Shown piece by piece: positions 28,601-37,871 of a DNA stretch of 50,338 bases (its first letter is position 1; each line of letters starts with the position of its first letter). Position numbers and translations under genes: made by a program. Origin of the DNA: Rhodoferax sp. (lineage in GTDB: Bacteria > Pseudomonadota > Gammaproteobacteria > Burkholderiales > Burkholderiaceae_C); the NCBI GenBank assembly GCA_030683195.1, contig JAUXQA010000336.1, forward strand, positions 1 through 50,338, given 5' to 3'. A model generated the notes under the pieces. That model had not been told where the DNA came from, did no database searches, and worked only from the letters and a program-made list of their open reading frames with translations.

Positions 28601-30823
28601 CCATGGCGCTCCAAGGCGGACTTCGACTTGTGCCGGGCCCAGATCTACCGGAAGCACGGATTTCAATGCGTTCACATTGTCTTCGTACTTCTTGCCAGCA
28701 GATCCGGCCAGGTGAATCTTCTGCCTGATGTTTCCCGAAAGGTACTCGTCAGCGATTTTCCACATGCCGTCTTGCGGGTCCATATAGGCCAACCCGTCAT
28801 TGCTCAACTGGCGCGTTATCTCGCGTCCGGCTGTCTGCATACGCATCGCCATGTCACCGACATGCAAGCGACCGTACAGTCCCAGGGACACCAGCATGGC
28901 GTCCTTGATGTTGTCCACAAACTCAGGCGGCGTCTTCTTGCCCGCCGTGCGCCGTGAAAAGATGTCAGCCTTCCTGTAGGTTTCGGACTCTTCGTCGTAA
29001 TGTTCCAAACTGAGTACCAAAGGGCAATCTGGATCGCTGCGAAACAGACGCATGTTGGCGCTGTCCGCCATGTTCCCGCACGTGGCCACAAAGGCGTCGT
29101 ACCGGATGTTGAGTTGCAGCTGACACCCCTTGAAATCAGCATCATCGTCAGATGACACCTGGGACTGAATCAACTTGCGGGCCACTTCCTTGATACCAAT
29201 GAGCCCAATGATTCGTTCGCGGGCTTTGCCTTTGTAAGCGCCATCCACGTCGATCCACTTGGACTCGTCTTCCGCAATGCAGATGCGACCATCACTCAGC
29301 ACAAACCCACCGGGCTTGATTTTGGATGTCGCACGCACACTTTGAAGCATCAAACTTGGTTGATGCTCGACTTCCTTCTTTGGTGGCTCATAAACGCCGC
29401 TAGGCATGCACTTCACCGCTTCCAGCAGACGCAGCTCAAAAGCCTGCTCGTCCCCTGAAAACACTGTTTTCATGATTTCCCGGCCGTAACGACCTGAGTC
29501 CATAACCATATCGCCCAGCACCAAGTGCGGGTTGGCGACATACCACTCGTTGACCGAGCGATCGCGATCCACAGTTCTGCGACTCGCATCGCTGTAGACA
29601 GTCAGACATTGGCCTTTTTGAAGCATCGACTCACTGGCTTGAGTCACCTTTTGCCATGGATGTGAGGCGTTGAACTTCGGAGCCGTACGCTTTCTGAAAA
29701 CAAGGATGTCGGTTACCACTTGCGTGGCGGCTGACTTCTTGAATGCCGAATCTGGCAACCGGATGGCTCCCAGCATCTCTGCATGAGCGTTGATCCAGTC
29801 ACGATGGCCACGAGTTTGGCTGTCCATCGTGTAGGCCGAAGTGATCATGACCACCAACCCACCGGGACGCACCATGTCAATGGACTTGCCGATGAAGTAG
29901 TTGTGCAGATTCCACTCGCTGTAGCCCACCTTGCGGGTCTCCAGCGACTTGTGATTCCCGAAGGGCACATTGGAGATCGCCAGGTCGTAGAAGCCGTGAG
30001 GCACCGGGGCCTTCTCGACTGCACTGCTATGTACCTGCACATTCAGTCCGCCAAACACCAGGTTCAGCAACTCGGAGGACATGCTGTCCAACTCCACCGC
30101 TGTGATCTCACTCTTGACTGCAAGATCCGCTGGCATGTTGGCCAGGAACAGACCTGTACCGGCTGCTGGTTCAATCACGCGTCCCCCGGTAAAACCGAGT
30201 TGACGCACGATTTGCCACATGGCCTGAATGATCACCGGGTCGGTGTAATAAGCATTTGTGGTACTTGCGCGGGCACTGTTGAACTCATCCTCGCTGATGA
30301 GGGCTTTGAGTTGTTCTCGCTTGGACGACAGGCTGTTGCCCTGGAGATCCTCGAACATCCGCGCCGCACCACCCCACCCGCTGTATGCGAGTAATTGGTG
30401 CCGGTCATCGTCTGTGATCGCGTCTTTGTCTGACCGACGTTTGAGCATGAGCTCAATTGCGGCCAGATTCTGGTCGATTCGCTGCGTGACAGACACGCCA
30501 GGCGCGTACCGGGACGGGTTGAATTGCGGCCAGACCATTTGGGACTCTGTTGCCACGCTCTCAACTTCGATCTGACTTTCATTGGCGGCATCAACATAGA
30601 TCGCCTGCATGACTTGCCGTTGTGGCGCCAAGGTTTGCTCGGAAACCGAGAATGTTGCGTGAACCAGTGCCGCAGCCACCACCGCGACGGGTGTCGGGGA
30701 TAACTGGGGAAAGACAGAGTGACTCTGCGTCGCCTTGAGACTAGACAGGAAATCTTCCGGTTCAAAGCCAGGCAGCCACTGGGTTGGAGAAGTGGCGTGC
30801 CGTTTGTTTTGTGTTCTACCCAT
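25676..30823 (-). CDS. N6-methyltransferase / SNF2 helicase fusion (DarB-like)
   Basis: YSGWGG, NAYYTDP, EPAAGTG, SNVPFG, HVVGAGKT, DEAH, SATPISN, QRDGRGLRAGN. Start MGRTQ at 30823 with RBS GGAGA. Confidence 0.9.
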   Translation of the reverse strand: MGRTQNKRHATSPTQWLPGFEPEDFLSSLKATQSHSVFPQLSPTPVAVVAAALVHATFSVSEQTLAPQRQVMQAIYVDAANESQIEVESVATESQMVWPQFNPSRYAPGVSVTQRIDQNLAAIELMLKRRSDKDAITDDDRHQLLAYSGWGGAARMFEDLQGNSLSSKREQLKALISEDEFNSARASTTNAYYTDPVIIQAMWQIVRQLGFTGGRVIEPAAGTGLFLANMPADLAVKSEITAVELDSMSSELLNLVFGGLNVQVHSSAVEKAPVPHGFYDLAISNVPFGNHKSLETRKVGYSEWNLHNYFIGKSIDMVRPGGLVVMITSAYTMDSQTRGHRDWINAHAEMLGAIRLPDSAFKKSAATQVVTDILVFRKRTAPKFNASHPWQKVTQASESMLQKGQCLTVYSDASRRTVDRDRSVNEWYVANPHLVLGDMVMDSGRYGREIMKTVFSGDEQAFELRLLEAVKCMPSGVYEPPKKEVEHQPSLMLQSVRATSKIKPGGFVLSDGRICIAEDESKWIDVDGAYKGKARERIIGLIGIKEVARKLIQSQVSSDDDADFKGCQLQLNIRYDAFVATCGNMADSANMRLFRSDPDCPLVLSLEHYDEESETYRKADIFSRRTAGKKTPPEFVDNIKDAMLVSLGLYGRLHVGDMAMRMQTAGREITRQLSNDGLAYMDPQDGMWKIADEYLSGNIRQKIHLAGSAGKKYEDNVNALKSVLPVDLGPAQVEVRLGAPWVPLDVVEKFCAELVNHTDQKSGVEVSYSADSATWSVKTTSGIGREWFGDRMLSQQKWGTQKRCALDLVEAALNQVPPKITKTVDGRSVLDRGATLAAREKYEAIRQEFKAWAYRDDARRDRLLRLYNDEFNQIVERTYDGSHMVLYGMSPVITPYKHQLDAIWRIVSGGNTLLAHVVGAGKTFTMIAAAMEMRRIGKASKPLIVVPNHLLAQFVADCVRFYPTAKVLMAAKEDLQGDKRREFVSRIATGDWDAVVMTHSSFERLPTSPGATKAFVNELLSQTRNSLRMAEERNASRSVKQCEKLLKALEAKIERALNEDAKDDLVYFDEIGVDYLFFDEAHALKNLMRVSKMPAIAGLPNAASNRAFDAWVKTSLIMQKRGDVEQGVTFSSATPISNSVAEAHVMQKFLQPYTLKSMGLWEFDAWAATFGEAITGMEVSPDGGGYRLNTRFSRFVNVPDLMAIFRMVADIKTRSMLSLPTPEIVGGKPSAIVSPASPELLTYTAELVERADAIRSGAVKPEEDNMLAITNCGRKAALDMRLIDPTLAYDPKGKIAKTVENVMRIWEETMDKRGTQMVFCDLSTPKTSGFSVYNDLRQRLIDAGMPAQEIAFIHDYDSDTAKDKLFREVRAGRIRLLMGSTLKMGVGTNAQKRLKAVHQIDAPWKPSCVEQRDGRGLRAGNIWDCIELLRYVTEGSFDAYIWSLLETKARFIEQVMTATNSLRSVEDLSMGALSYAEIKAISSGNPLVLEKATVDAQAMKFSILRDSWEQDRWAFNRIARSNVDLIKAMEGTITGVEQDAAVVSQEMAAGLKFKPSRKLGTALEGANSIEAQIGANIHEVSRSNSMIDMCVVGVVGGMQVILERSDGLQLSLRSQHDDRIRYAIRRAGTPIHDTFGTGKLVTDLVETLVEEPAIRRARIERLSQECLQIEASLNKPFEHEDAFKAIVLRQRAIEAELDLDKDEAGTAEAPEGQTT

Positions 30824-31066
30824 AGGGTCTCCGAAAAGAATTCGCGGAGACACCTTCCCCTGCGGGAAACGTATTTCCCGCGAAGGTTGAAGATTGGCGT
30901 GCCATTGGCACGCATCCAGCAGTTTGAACTGCGAAGATCTGTTGAGGTCGCATAGACCTTTCCCAAAGACACGTTGGATTTGTCTTTGGGAAAGGTCACC
31001 GCATGAGCGGTGACCCACCAGATGTGGGCTGGTGAAAGTTGGCCCCAGAAGGGGTGGATTGTTGAG

Positions 31067-31414
31067 TTATTCGTCGGTCATGCGAATGAGATAACTGCCT
31101 GACAAGATTTCGAGCTGCAGCCAGATGTTGCGGGCTTTTCCATCACGTGAGTCACTCTGAACGACCCAAACATTGAACTGCTTGGGTTCGTCATCACAGT
31201 GGCCGCAAAATTCACTGGCATGTGCAATGACATCAAGGAGACGCGCGCTTTCGTAGGGAGTCAGGTTGTCTTCTCTCGCCATTGGACGTCTCGTAACGAG
31301 AACGCCGATGGCTTCCATTTCCATTTGCACGGGTAGTGCAAAGTGCATGCGCTTTGCATGCGTGGATACATCGATTGATTCGACGACATTCGAAGGTGTC
31401 AAGTTCATGTTCAC
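31067..31414 (-). CDS. Hypothetical protein
   Basis: 115-aa co-oriented ORF. Confidence 0.55.
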   Translation of the reverse strand: MNMNLTPSNVVESIDVSTHAKRMHFALPVQMEMEAIGVLVTRRPMAREDNLTPYESARLLDVIAHASEFCGHCDDEPKQFNVWVVQSDSRDGKARNIWLQLEILSGSYLIRMTDE

Positions 31415-31487
31415 TTGCTTGTTTACTTCGGTTGGCGTTGTGTTTTTAATAGGAAATCCAATTTCACCGCTGACGGTGTTGTTTGTT

Positions 31488-31763
31488 TTAGTACAGATAC
31501 CGATAGGCCCCCAACAACGATGTCGCTGTGAAGACCACCTGCATCATCAGAAGGCTTTTGATCCTTCCAAGCACGGCATAGGTGATCCATGCCGCATTGG
31601 AGACAAGGAATGCAATCCATCCATAGCCGGACCACGGCATGTTGGCCGCAAGAATTAGCGCGCCTACGATGCCCATGATCGAGCCGAACCATTCGACGCA
31701 AGAGCTGACGAACTGGCGGCGGTCTGGTTTCACAAATCCATATGAAATTGTGTTGCTTTGCAT
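31488..31763 (-). CDS. Small 3-TM membrane protein (PnuC/SemiSWEET-like half)
   Basis: EWFGSIMGIVGALILA...GWIAFLVSNAAWITYA; three hydrophobic helices. Confidence 0.65.
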   Translation of the reverse strand: MQSNTISYGFVKPDRRQFVSSCVEWFGSIMGIVGALILAANMPWSGYGWIAFLVSNAAWITYAVLGRIKSLLMMQVVFTATSLLGAYRYLY

Positions 31764-32047
31764 GGAGTGTTGCCTTGTGGTGGACAGTCTCCCAAGACCA
31801 CGGGTTCAACCGTGATTTCAGGATCCTTCTGGTTTGATTTTTGGGTTGAAACTGTTGCGTTGACCCCAGCCTGAGAGGGGGGGGACGCGCCTTTTTGTTT
31901 TTTGCGCTTTTGCTCAGTACGCTTTTTTTCGAATTGCATGACCGATCGATTCAGGTCAAAGCCGTCGACGTCCACTTTCAAGCGAACTGCACGCTGCGCT
32001 ATCCGATCAAAACGGTCCATGACAAATTCCATGCGCAAGATTGCCAC
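31730..32047 (-). CDS. Hypothetical basic protein, possibly frameshifted from an ATG at 32084
   Basis: The RBS (GAGGA) and ATG after leader H are out of frame with this ORF. Confidence 0.45.
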   Translation of the reverse strand: MAILRMEFVMDRFDRIAQRAVRLKVDVDGFDLNRSVMQFEKKRTEQKRKKQKGASPPSQAGVNATVSTQKSNQKDPEITVEPVVLGDCPPQGNTPCKATQFHMDL

Positions 32048-32150
32048 GGGCGTTGGTGATCAGGGATTCGGTTTTATCCGACATGTGTGTCCTCTGTATA
32101 AGACAGGGTCATCGCCAAAACAGGGATGCGTCCCTGCCGGTTGAAAATAT

Positions 32151-32199
32151 TGCTGGTGCGCCAGCTCGATCACCGATGGTGGTAATGGCACAAAGTATA
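32151..32199 (-). promoter_or_regulatory. Structured leader copy H
   Basis: TATACT ... CACC-atc-GGTG ... GAGCTGG-cgca-CCAGCA. Confidence 0.78.
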
Positions 32200-32339
32200 A
32201 CGGTATATCGGCCTGAAAAGCCTGGCTCTGGGTAGGCATAGGCTGCCCAACCAGGGTGGTACATCAGAAGAATCAAGGCTCAAACTCGACCGTCACGAAT
32301 GTACATATTCGGGTGCGCTGTCCGCCGTCATGCCACGAC

Positions 32340-32385
32340 AAAAAAAACACCCCGCACACCCTTGGGAGGGAGAACGGGGCGTTTT
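32340..32385. terminator. Intrinsic terminator
   Basis: A-tract, CACCCCG...CGGGGCG stem, T-tract. Confidence 0.55.
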
Positions 32386-32395
32386 GGGCAAATGA

Positions 32396-33064
32396 TTATT
32401 CTTGCCAGTTAACAAACCCTGGTGAAGAGGCTTGCTCCCAACGCAAGGGGCGCTGGGATTGGTATTGCGTCATCGGTTGATGTGCCTCTGTAGGCGCTGG
32501 GTAAACAGGGGTCACAGCAACGGCAGCAGGAATCACTCGGTTTTTACCGCCTTCATTGAGGATGAGGACGGCTTGACCGACATGGATGTCCGGAGCAGGC
32601 AAGGGCTGGACAATGGCAAACACGCGAGTCCGGTTGTATGGAGCTGGTGTTTCCACTAGAACCTCGATCGCTGTTTCGGCCCCGATATGTTCACCAGCGG
32701 CCTGACCGCCGACGCCACCAATGGCAGCGCCGACGAGTCCCAGGACGCTGCGTGCAGCGGTTCCCGAGTTCTTACCCAGGCTCACGCCGATCAAGCCGCC
32801 GAGGGCTGCGCCCACGGTGGCACCTGCATAAGCAGATTGCACCCGAGGTTGCACCTTCACTTCTCGCAATCCGAGAACCACACCTTTTGTGACGCTCTGG
32901 ACAGACTGCGCACCGCTCAAGCGGTAGACATTTCCACTTTGTGCTGATGCCAAGGGGCTGACAGCAAGGAAAAACAGGAACATGCCCAATAAAACGGAGA
33001 CTTTGGCGATTGAAGCCAAAACTACCGCGGAGCATCCCCGAACAAAAGAACCGATTGTTTTCAT
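32396..33064 (-). CDS. Glycine-zipper 2TM (SlyB-like) envelope protein
   Basis: Signal peptide, GATVGAALGGLIG...GAAIGGVGG, and VGQAV..L....K.RV. Confidence 0.8.
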   Translation of the reverse strand: MKTIGSFVRGCSAVVLASIAKVSVLLGMFLFFLAVSPLASAQSGNVYRLSGAQSVQSVTKGVVLGLREVKVQPRVQSAYAGATVGAALGGLIGVSLGKNSGTAARSVLGLVGAAIGGVGGQAAGEHIGAETAIEVLVETPAPYNRTRVFAIVQPLPAPDIHVGQAVLILNEGGKNRVIPAAVAVTPVYPAPTEAHQPMTQYQSQRPLRWEQASSPGFVNWQE

Positions 33065-33174
33065 ACATTTCCAAAAAAATGCAGGGACACCGGCCCCGAA
33101 GGGAGAAAGTGTTCCCTGCGGGTTGTCGTGGTTTACTCACGATTTGGGCAATACGCCCATGATCTGACGGAAAA

Positions 33175-33357
33175 CTAGGAGTCGTTGTCAGATGTTTGTT
33201 GGTCAAAGAAATAGACGATGGCTTCGTCATCTGCCTGACTATTTGATTGGGATGAATCATGGTTGCCGTTGGAGTCCCGAGACTGGTTTGAACCAGTGAC
33301 AAGATCCCATGCGGTAAGCACTAAATATCCTCCAAGGATCAGAATTGGCCAGTTCAT
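33175..33357 (-). CDS. Small membrane-anchored hypothetical protein
   Basis: Start MNWPILILGG with RBS GGAGA. Confidence 0.5.
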   Translation of the reverse strand: MNWPILILGGYLVLTAWDLVTGSNQSRDSNGNHDSSQSNSQADDEAIVYFFDQQTSDNDS

Positions 33358-33589
33358 GGCGCTTTCTCCATCGCACGCGAGCGTGCAAGGTACCTTAACG
33401 GTTGCATCTTTCGATGTCACCGTACTGGATTTGGTGTGATGCTGAACGACCTCAGCTGGCTAGTCACAAGGACAAGTGAAATTTAATGGTAACACCACGG
33501 CTTGCGGGGCGAAAAACAGTGTTTTGAAAGCGGAGAGTGTTTCGTCAAGCTGGTGCTAATCTCTCACGCTGTTCTTTCGGTAGGAAACC

Positions 33590-33988
33590 ATGTCCCCGAT
33601 CACCATCGATTTGTTTGACCCCGATACGCTTGTTTTTGACGACGAGCCGGACCTTTTTGTGCGTGTGGACACCGTGCCAGTGGTGTTCACGGTCAGAGGT
33701 ATAAGGTACTTCACACCCCGGTTCAAGCTGGTTGGTGTCAACATCGCCATGCTACGCACAGAGTCCGAATTTCGCGCCGCATTGCTTAAAGCGACCACGC
33801 ACGAATCTAACCTGCTCCTAGAGTCGATTCAATCCAAGGCGAATGCAACTCACCAGGCGAACGAGCATCAGGTGCTGCTTGCCGTCTTGATGTTTGATAT
33901 TGATGCAGCCGAGGCGGCGATGGATCGGCTTGAACACAAACTGCGGGCAGGGTTGACGGTCGTATCCCCTGTTGGGGATTCAACATGA
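33590..33988 (+). CDS. Hypothetical protein
   Basis: RBS AGGA; ATGA-coupled to the next ORF. Confidence 0.65.
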   Translation: MSPITIDLFDPDTLVFDDEPDLFVRVDTVPVVFTVRGIRYFTPRFKLVGVNIAMLRTESEFRAALLKATTHESNLLLESIQSKANATHQANEHQVLLAVLMFDIDAAEAAMDRLEHKLRAGLTVVSPVGDST

Positions 33989-34500
33989 GCGACATGGGCG
34001 CCCATCAGCGTTTTGGGAATCACCAGGCAATTCGACGGTTCCGCGGCTTTTATCTGCCCCACGCAGACTCTCCCCACGGTCTAGTCGAAGAATCACTGGC
34101 ATGGGGGGTCTTCGATGTGCAGTCGCTTTGTTTTGGTCCCCGGTTCGTCCTGGTAGCTGCTAGCCACGCCGCATGGGCGGTCGGACAGGGTGCGATATGC
34201 GCCGGCTTGTCGGCCTTGATTGAACATTTCAAGGGCGAGCTGGGTTTGCCGACAACCAGCGGCGCGAAGGTGCCCGAGCCTGACTCGCGCTCAATCTGGG
34301 TACTTCAGACTCCCCAGAAAACCTATCAATGGGTCATTTATGACCAGCGACATCATCGTGTCTCTTGGTCTGCCCTGTTCTCAATCGATCCACGCTGTTT
34401 GCCTGGCACTGCGAGCGCACTACAGATGTTGTTTCCACTGAATGCAATCGAGGGAATTGAGGCCATGCAGACTCAGTTCTGGTCCAAACTGCCCTCGTGA
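33985..34500 (+). CDS. Hypothetical protein
   Basis: 171 aa, coupled to the upstream ORF. Confidence 0.65.
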   Translation: MSDMGAHQRFGNHQAIRRFRGFYLPHADSPHGLVEESLAWGVFDVQSLCFGPRFVLVAASHAAWAVGQGAICAGLSALIEHFKGELGLPTTSGAKVPEPDSRSIWVLQTPQKTYQWVIYDQRHHRVSWSALFSIDPRCLPGTASALQMLFPLNAIEGIEAMQTQFWSKLPS

Positions 34501-34574
34501 CCAGGCTGTGGGCATTGCGTTTATCAACACTGTTTGCCCCGCCACGGCCCTTGTGAATCCGGTGCGCTGAAACG

Positions 34575-34625
34575 AAAAAAACCCCCCGAAGATGCCCTGT
34601 TAAGGGGCATCGACGAGGGGTCTTT
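34575..34625. terminator. Bidirectional terminator between convergent genes
   Basis: A-tract, CCCC...GATGCCC-tgttaa-GGGGCATC...GGGG, T-tract. Confidence 0.65.
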
Positions 34626-34642
34626 GGGTCGCACATCCGCAA

Positions 34643-34855
34643 TTAATGCTTCAGTGTTTCCTTTTGAGTAAACAGCCTTTCGGTGCGAATCCGGCGCATG
34701 TGCCGAAGCATAAAGCGACTGTCTGACGCAGCTTCAGTGCCACGGTCGAACTGCTTGGAGGTCTTTTGGACCTCCTCGATTTTGGCTTCGAGGGCCTGGT
34801 CCGTAAGGGCCGTGACCTTCTCGAAGAAAACCCTTTGAAAAGCTTTTTCCAACAT
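34643..34855 (-). CDS. Hypothetical protein
   Basis: 70-aa helical ORF with RBS AAGG. Confidence 0.6.
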   Translation of the reverse strand: MLEKAFQRVFFEKVTALTDQALEAKIEEVQKTSKQFDRGTEAASDSRFMLRHMRRIRTERLFTQKETLKH

Positions 34856-34868
34856 GGTGACTTACCTT

Positions 34869-35105
34869 TCAGTGAGTTGCATGTTGGTGGGATTGAATCG
34901 CTTGGCGAACGAGCGCCTTGCGACCAGAGTCCATGTTCTCGCACAAGGCAAGAACGCGAACCCGGAGTCCCTCACGGGCCAATATTTTGCAGACTTTAAT
35001 CAGAACGACATTTGATTCGTCGCGCAGCATAGAAGGCTGCTTTTCAAGGTTTTGCATAACCAGCACAGGGAAACGTGCCGCATTGTCAATGAGGGGACTG
35101 TTCAT
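34869..35105 (-). CDS. Hypothetical protein
   Basis: Start MNSPL with RBS GGAGA after leader copy I. Confidence 0.55.
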   Translation of the reverse strand: MNSPLIDNAARFPVLVMQNLEKQPSMLRDESNVVLIKVCKILAREGLRVRVLALCENMDSGRKALVRQAIQSHQHATH

Positions 35106-35171
35106 ACCATTCTCCAGAAATGGACGGACTATCCCCATGAACGGGAAATAGTTCCCGTCCGGGTTGATGTT

Positions 35172-35219
35172 TGCTAGTGCGCTAGCTCGACCGCTCAAAG
35201 AGCAAGTGACTTCATCATA
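35172..35219 (-). promoter_or_regulatory. Structured leader copy I (compensatory GCTAG/CTAGC variant)
   Basis: TATGAT ... GCTC-ttt-GAGC ... GAGCTAG-cgca-CTAGCA. Confidence 0.75.
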
Positions 35220-35395
35220 AGGCCATTTTTTTTGTATCCAGATCGTGCATAGGTTGAATTTTCAAATTCGAATAAATCGACACTTTTGGCCGAGTAAGTA
35301 TGCGATTTCGACTATTTGCTCGGATTCCTGGCGATAGATTGTTGTTCTCTCTCAGGGATACTTGGGAACCCAAACTTCAGCACTGGAATTGACTC

Positions 35396-36724
35396 ATGGC
35401 GCATGCCCCCGTTACGACGTCGATGCACAGGGTTACGGTCAAGGTAGCCGGCAGCTTAATCAGCGCATCGGCAATTCGCTATGAACCGGACAGCTACCAG
35501 ACCTTGCTTCTGGAAGCGCGAAAGAAATTCGGTTCAGCGCTTTGCATGTGCCATGGCACCGCGCTTCAGCTGGTCATTCGGGAGCGCAACAGCAAGCTGT
35601 TCCTGGCGTGCTGGCCGGATCAGGCCCAGTCCCATGCCCTTGACTGTCCGTTCTTCAGCGCAGCGCGTGACGGTGGCGTCGCCGGGTACCAAGAGGGTGC
35701 CATCACGGACAATGGTTTATCGACAACGCTTTTATTGCATCACCCTTTGGTGCAACATAAACCCAGCCGTGATCTGTCGGTCGGTCATGCCAAGGCGCCA
35801 CGGGCCAGCGGGCCGTCCAGGCTGCACATATGGGGCTTGCTGCATCACTTGTGGGAGTCTGGCGGGCTCAACCGGTGGAATCCGGGCTGGCACCGTGATT
35901 GGGGTTTGGTGCGCTCCATGTTGCGCCGCGTCGCCCAGGGAACCCTCGTTGATGAATCCCCGCTCCTGGAGTCGCTCTATATTCCTCCTGTATGGGTGCC
36001 AAAACGCAAAGATGACATCAGCTCCCATTGGGCTGATTTCAAGCGGCCACTGTTGCGGAAGAATCGTGCCAGCGATGTTGTCGCATCAGGCTTTGTGATT
36101 GGTATTGTGCGCAAACTCGAACCGACAGAATATGGGTTTGCAATAAGGCTTCAGCACCATTCCGCGCTGTTCTATATGGACAAGGCCACCGCTGATCGAC
36201 TGGCTAGTTACAGCCGGCGTGGTTGGTCGGCGATCCGAATGATGCCCAGCAACGGTAAGCCTGGTGATGGTGCCGTGGTAGTTGTAGCGATGCGTATTCA
36301 GGCGTCTGCCAGCAACAAACTGGTCATTGTTGAGGGCGCGCTGATGCGGGTCTCGCACAAGTACATTCCGGTGGCCAGCAGCTACGAAGAGCGAATGGCC
36401 GAACTTCTGATTGACACCGACCGACGCTTCATCAAACCCCTGCATTACGACCAGCACAGCATGGATCTGGTGCATTTTGTCCTGACTGATTGCGCACCCG
36501 TCGAAGGCGGTCAGACTTCCCCATGCAAGGTCGCTCTGTTCGTCTACGGAGCCGCGATCGACCCGATGCATCAAGTTCGGTTGGAGACAAGCGATCGTGA
36601 ACTCGCGCTGCGCATGGGGTGCAGATTCTGGATGTGGAACGCTGCCGCCAACCCTAATATCCCTGCGCTCCCCCTTGCCTTCCGACAGGTTGATCAATCC
36701 CATTTACTCACCCCCAACTCATAA
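35396..36724 (+). CDS. DUF1173 family protein
   Basis: LCMC...LA.WP.....H..DCPF, GLLH.LWE..GLN.W.PG, S.YE......L....R.F.KPL.YD. Confidence 0.8.
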   Translation: MAHAPVTTSMHRVTVKVAGSLISASAIRYEPDSYQTLLLEARKKFGSALCMCHGTALQLVIRERNSKLFLACWPDQAQSHALDCPFFSAARDGGVAGYQEGAITDNGLSTTLLLHHPLVQHKPSRDLSVGHAKAPRASGPSRLHIWGLLHHLWESGGLNRWNPGWHRDWGLVRSMLRRVAQGTLVDESPLLESLYIPPVWVPKRKDDISSHWADFKRPLLRKNRASDVVASGFVIGIVRKLEPTEYGFAIRLQHHSALFYMDKATADRLASYSRRGWSAIRMMPSNGKPGDGAVVVVAMRIQASASNKLVIVEGALMRVSHKYIPVASSYEERMAELLIDTDRRFIKPLHYDQHSMDLVHFVLTDCAPVEGGQTSPCKVALFVYGAAIDPMHQVRLETSDRELALRMGCRFWMWNAAANPNIPALPLAFRQVDQSHLLTPNS

Positions 36725-36737
36725 GGAGAACCAAACC

Positions 36738-37367
36738 ATGGAACCTAAACTAGTCCCCAATTTTCTATTGCACTCCAGCGATCCTGAAGCGTCGAAGCCA
36801 GCCATAGATAGTCTGCCCACAAGAGTTCCTGCAGCCAATGACGCTGAGAAGATTTATGAAGTGAAGAGAGATTTTGATGATCTGCCCAACTCGCCGCCTT
36901 TAAGCATCCCGATGATTGGTTCGGCGCCAGTCTTGGTCATGGCCGCACCGGCTGAACTGGTTGTTGAGCCGGTAGGTTCCACCCTGCGCAAGGAGAGTAT
37001 CTTCAAATCAAACTCTTTGAAGCAAACACAGTTGCCTCAAGGCTGGACATTGCGAGGCGATCTTATCTCGGAGAGCGACGTCACCATTTCGTGCAAGGTC
37101 GTTGGAAACATCCAATGCTCGAACCCTGAAGCTTCGATTAACTTGACAGAGTCCTGCGTGTCAGAGGGCGACATCACTGGTCGAGACATCACGCTGCGTG
37201 GGCACCACACTGGCAGTATTGACGCATCGATTGGTAGCCTCGCCATTGAAGCAAGCGCTCATATTACGGGCGATGTCCTGTACACAAACATCAAGATGAA
37301 TGGTGGACTGCATAGCCTCACCTTGAGTTACGTCGATGGCAAGTCGGACGTCGGCCGCCGCGACTAA
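36738..37367 (+). CDS. Bactofilin (polymer-forming cytoskeletal protein) 1
   Basis: Beta-helix repeats LRGDLIS..DVTI..KVVGNI...EGDI....ITLRG..TGSI...ITGDV.Y; disordered N-terminus; RBS AAGGAG. Confidence 0.8.
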   Translation: MEPKLVPNFLLHSSDPEASKPAIDSLPTRVPAANDAEKIYEVKRDFDDLPNSPPLSIPMIGSAPVLVMAAPAELVVEPVGSTLRKESIFKSNSLKQTQLPQGWTLRGDLISESDVTISCKVVGNIQCSNPEASINLTESCVSEGDITGRDITLRGHHTGSIDASIGSLAIEASAHITGDVLYTNIKMNGGLHSLTLSYVDGKSDVGRRD

Positions 37368-37398
37368 TCGCCCGTTACCCTTATTACTGGATCATCTT

Positions 37399-37836
37399 AT
37401 GAGCAAATCAATTCCCATCGACAAACTTCAGCCCGAAACACAGCCTCAATTGGTCTCTATTGCCATTCTTGAGTCTGTTACAGCTTTCCTGCCAGAGTTC
37501 AGTATTTTCAAAGGTGACATCGAGGCAGACCCGGGTAAAGATCTCGGTATCCGAATTGACTGTCGACTGGAAGGCTCAGTCGTCATTCCCAGTGGGGGCG
37601 TTATTCACATCGGTCCCACTGGCAGCGTCAAAGGTGCGTCCATCGAGGCTGATTACATCTTCATTGAAGGGTCCGTGGAGAGCAAGATCGTATCTCGCAA
37701 GGGCGTCGAAATCACCGGCACTGCAGTGGTCAAGGGGCAGGTCGAATACCAGGGATCCTTGAACATGCACAACATGGCCAAAGTACGGGCGTCGATCCAG
37801 TACGCGGGACCGGATGATTTGCCGGTCACAAACTGA
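37399..37836 (+). CDS. Bactofilin 2
   Basis: FKGDI...IRIDC.LEGSV...IHIGPTGSVKG..IEAD.IFIEGSVE...VEITGTAVVKGQVEY. Confidence 0.85.
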   Translation: MSKSIPIDKLQPETQPQLVSIAILESVTAFLPEFSIFKGDIEADPGKDLGIRIDCRLEGSVVIPSGGVIHIGPTGSVKGASIEADYIFIEGSVESKIVSRKGVEITGTAVVKGQVEYQGSLNMHNMAKVRASIQYAGPDDLPVTN

Positions 37837-37871
37837 AGATTGCGGGCTGCAGGCCACCCGTAGGAAACGTA

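Noticed and set aside
30232-30999. Long alternative-frame and antisense ORFs (for example 30232..30999, 19203..19952, 4650..5315, 35481..36098)
   Set aside because: They are shadows of well-supported genes and show no recognisable motifs.
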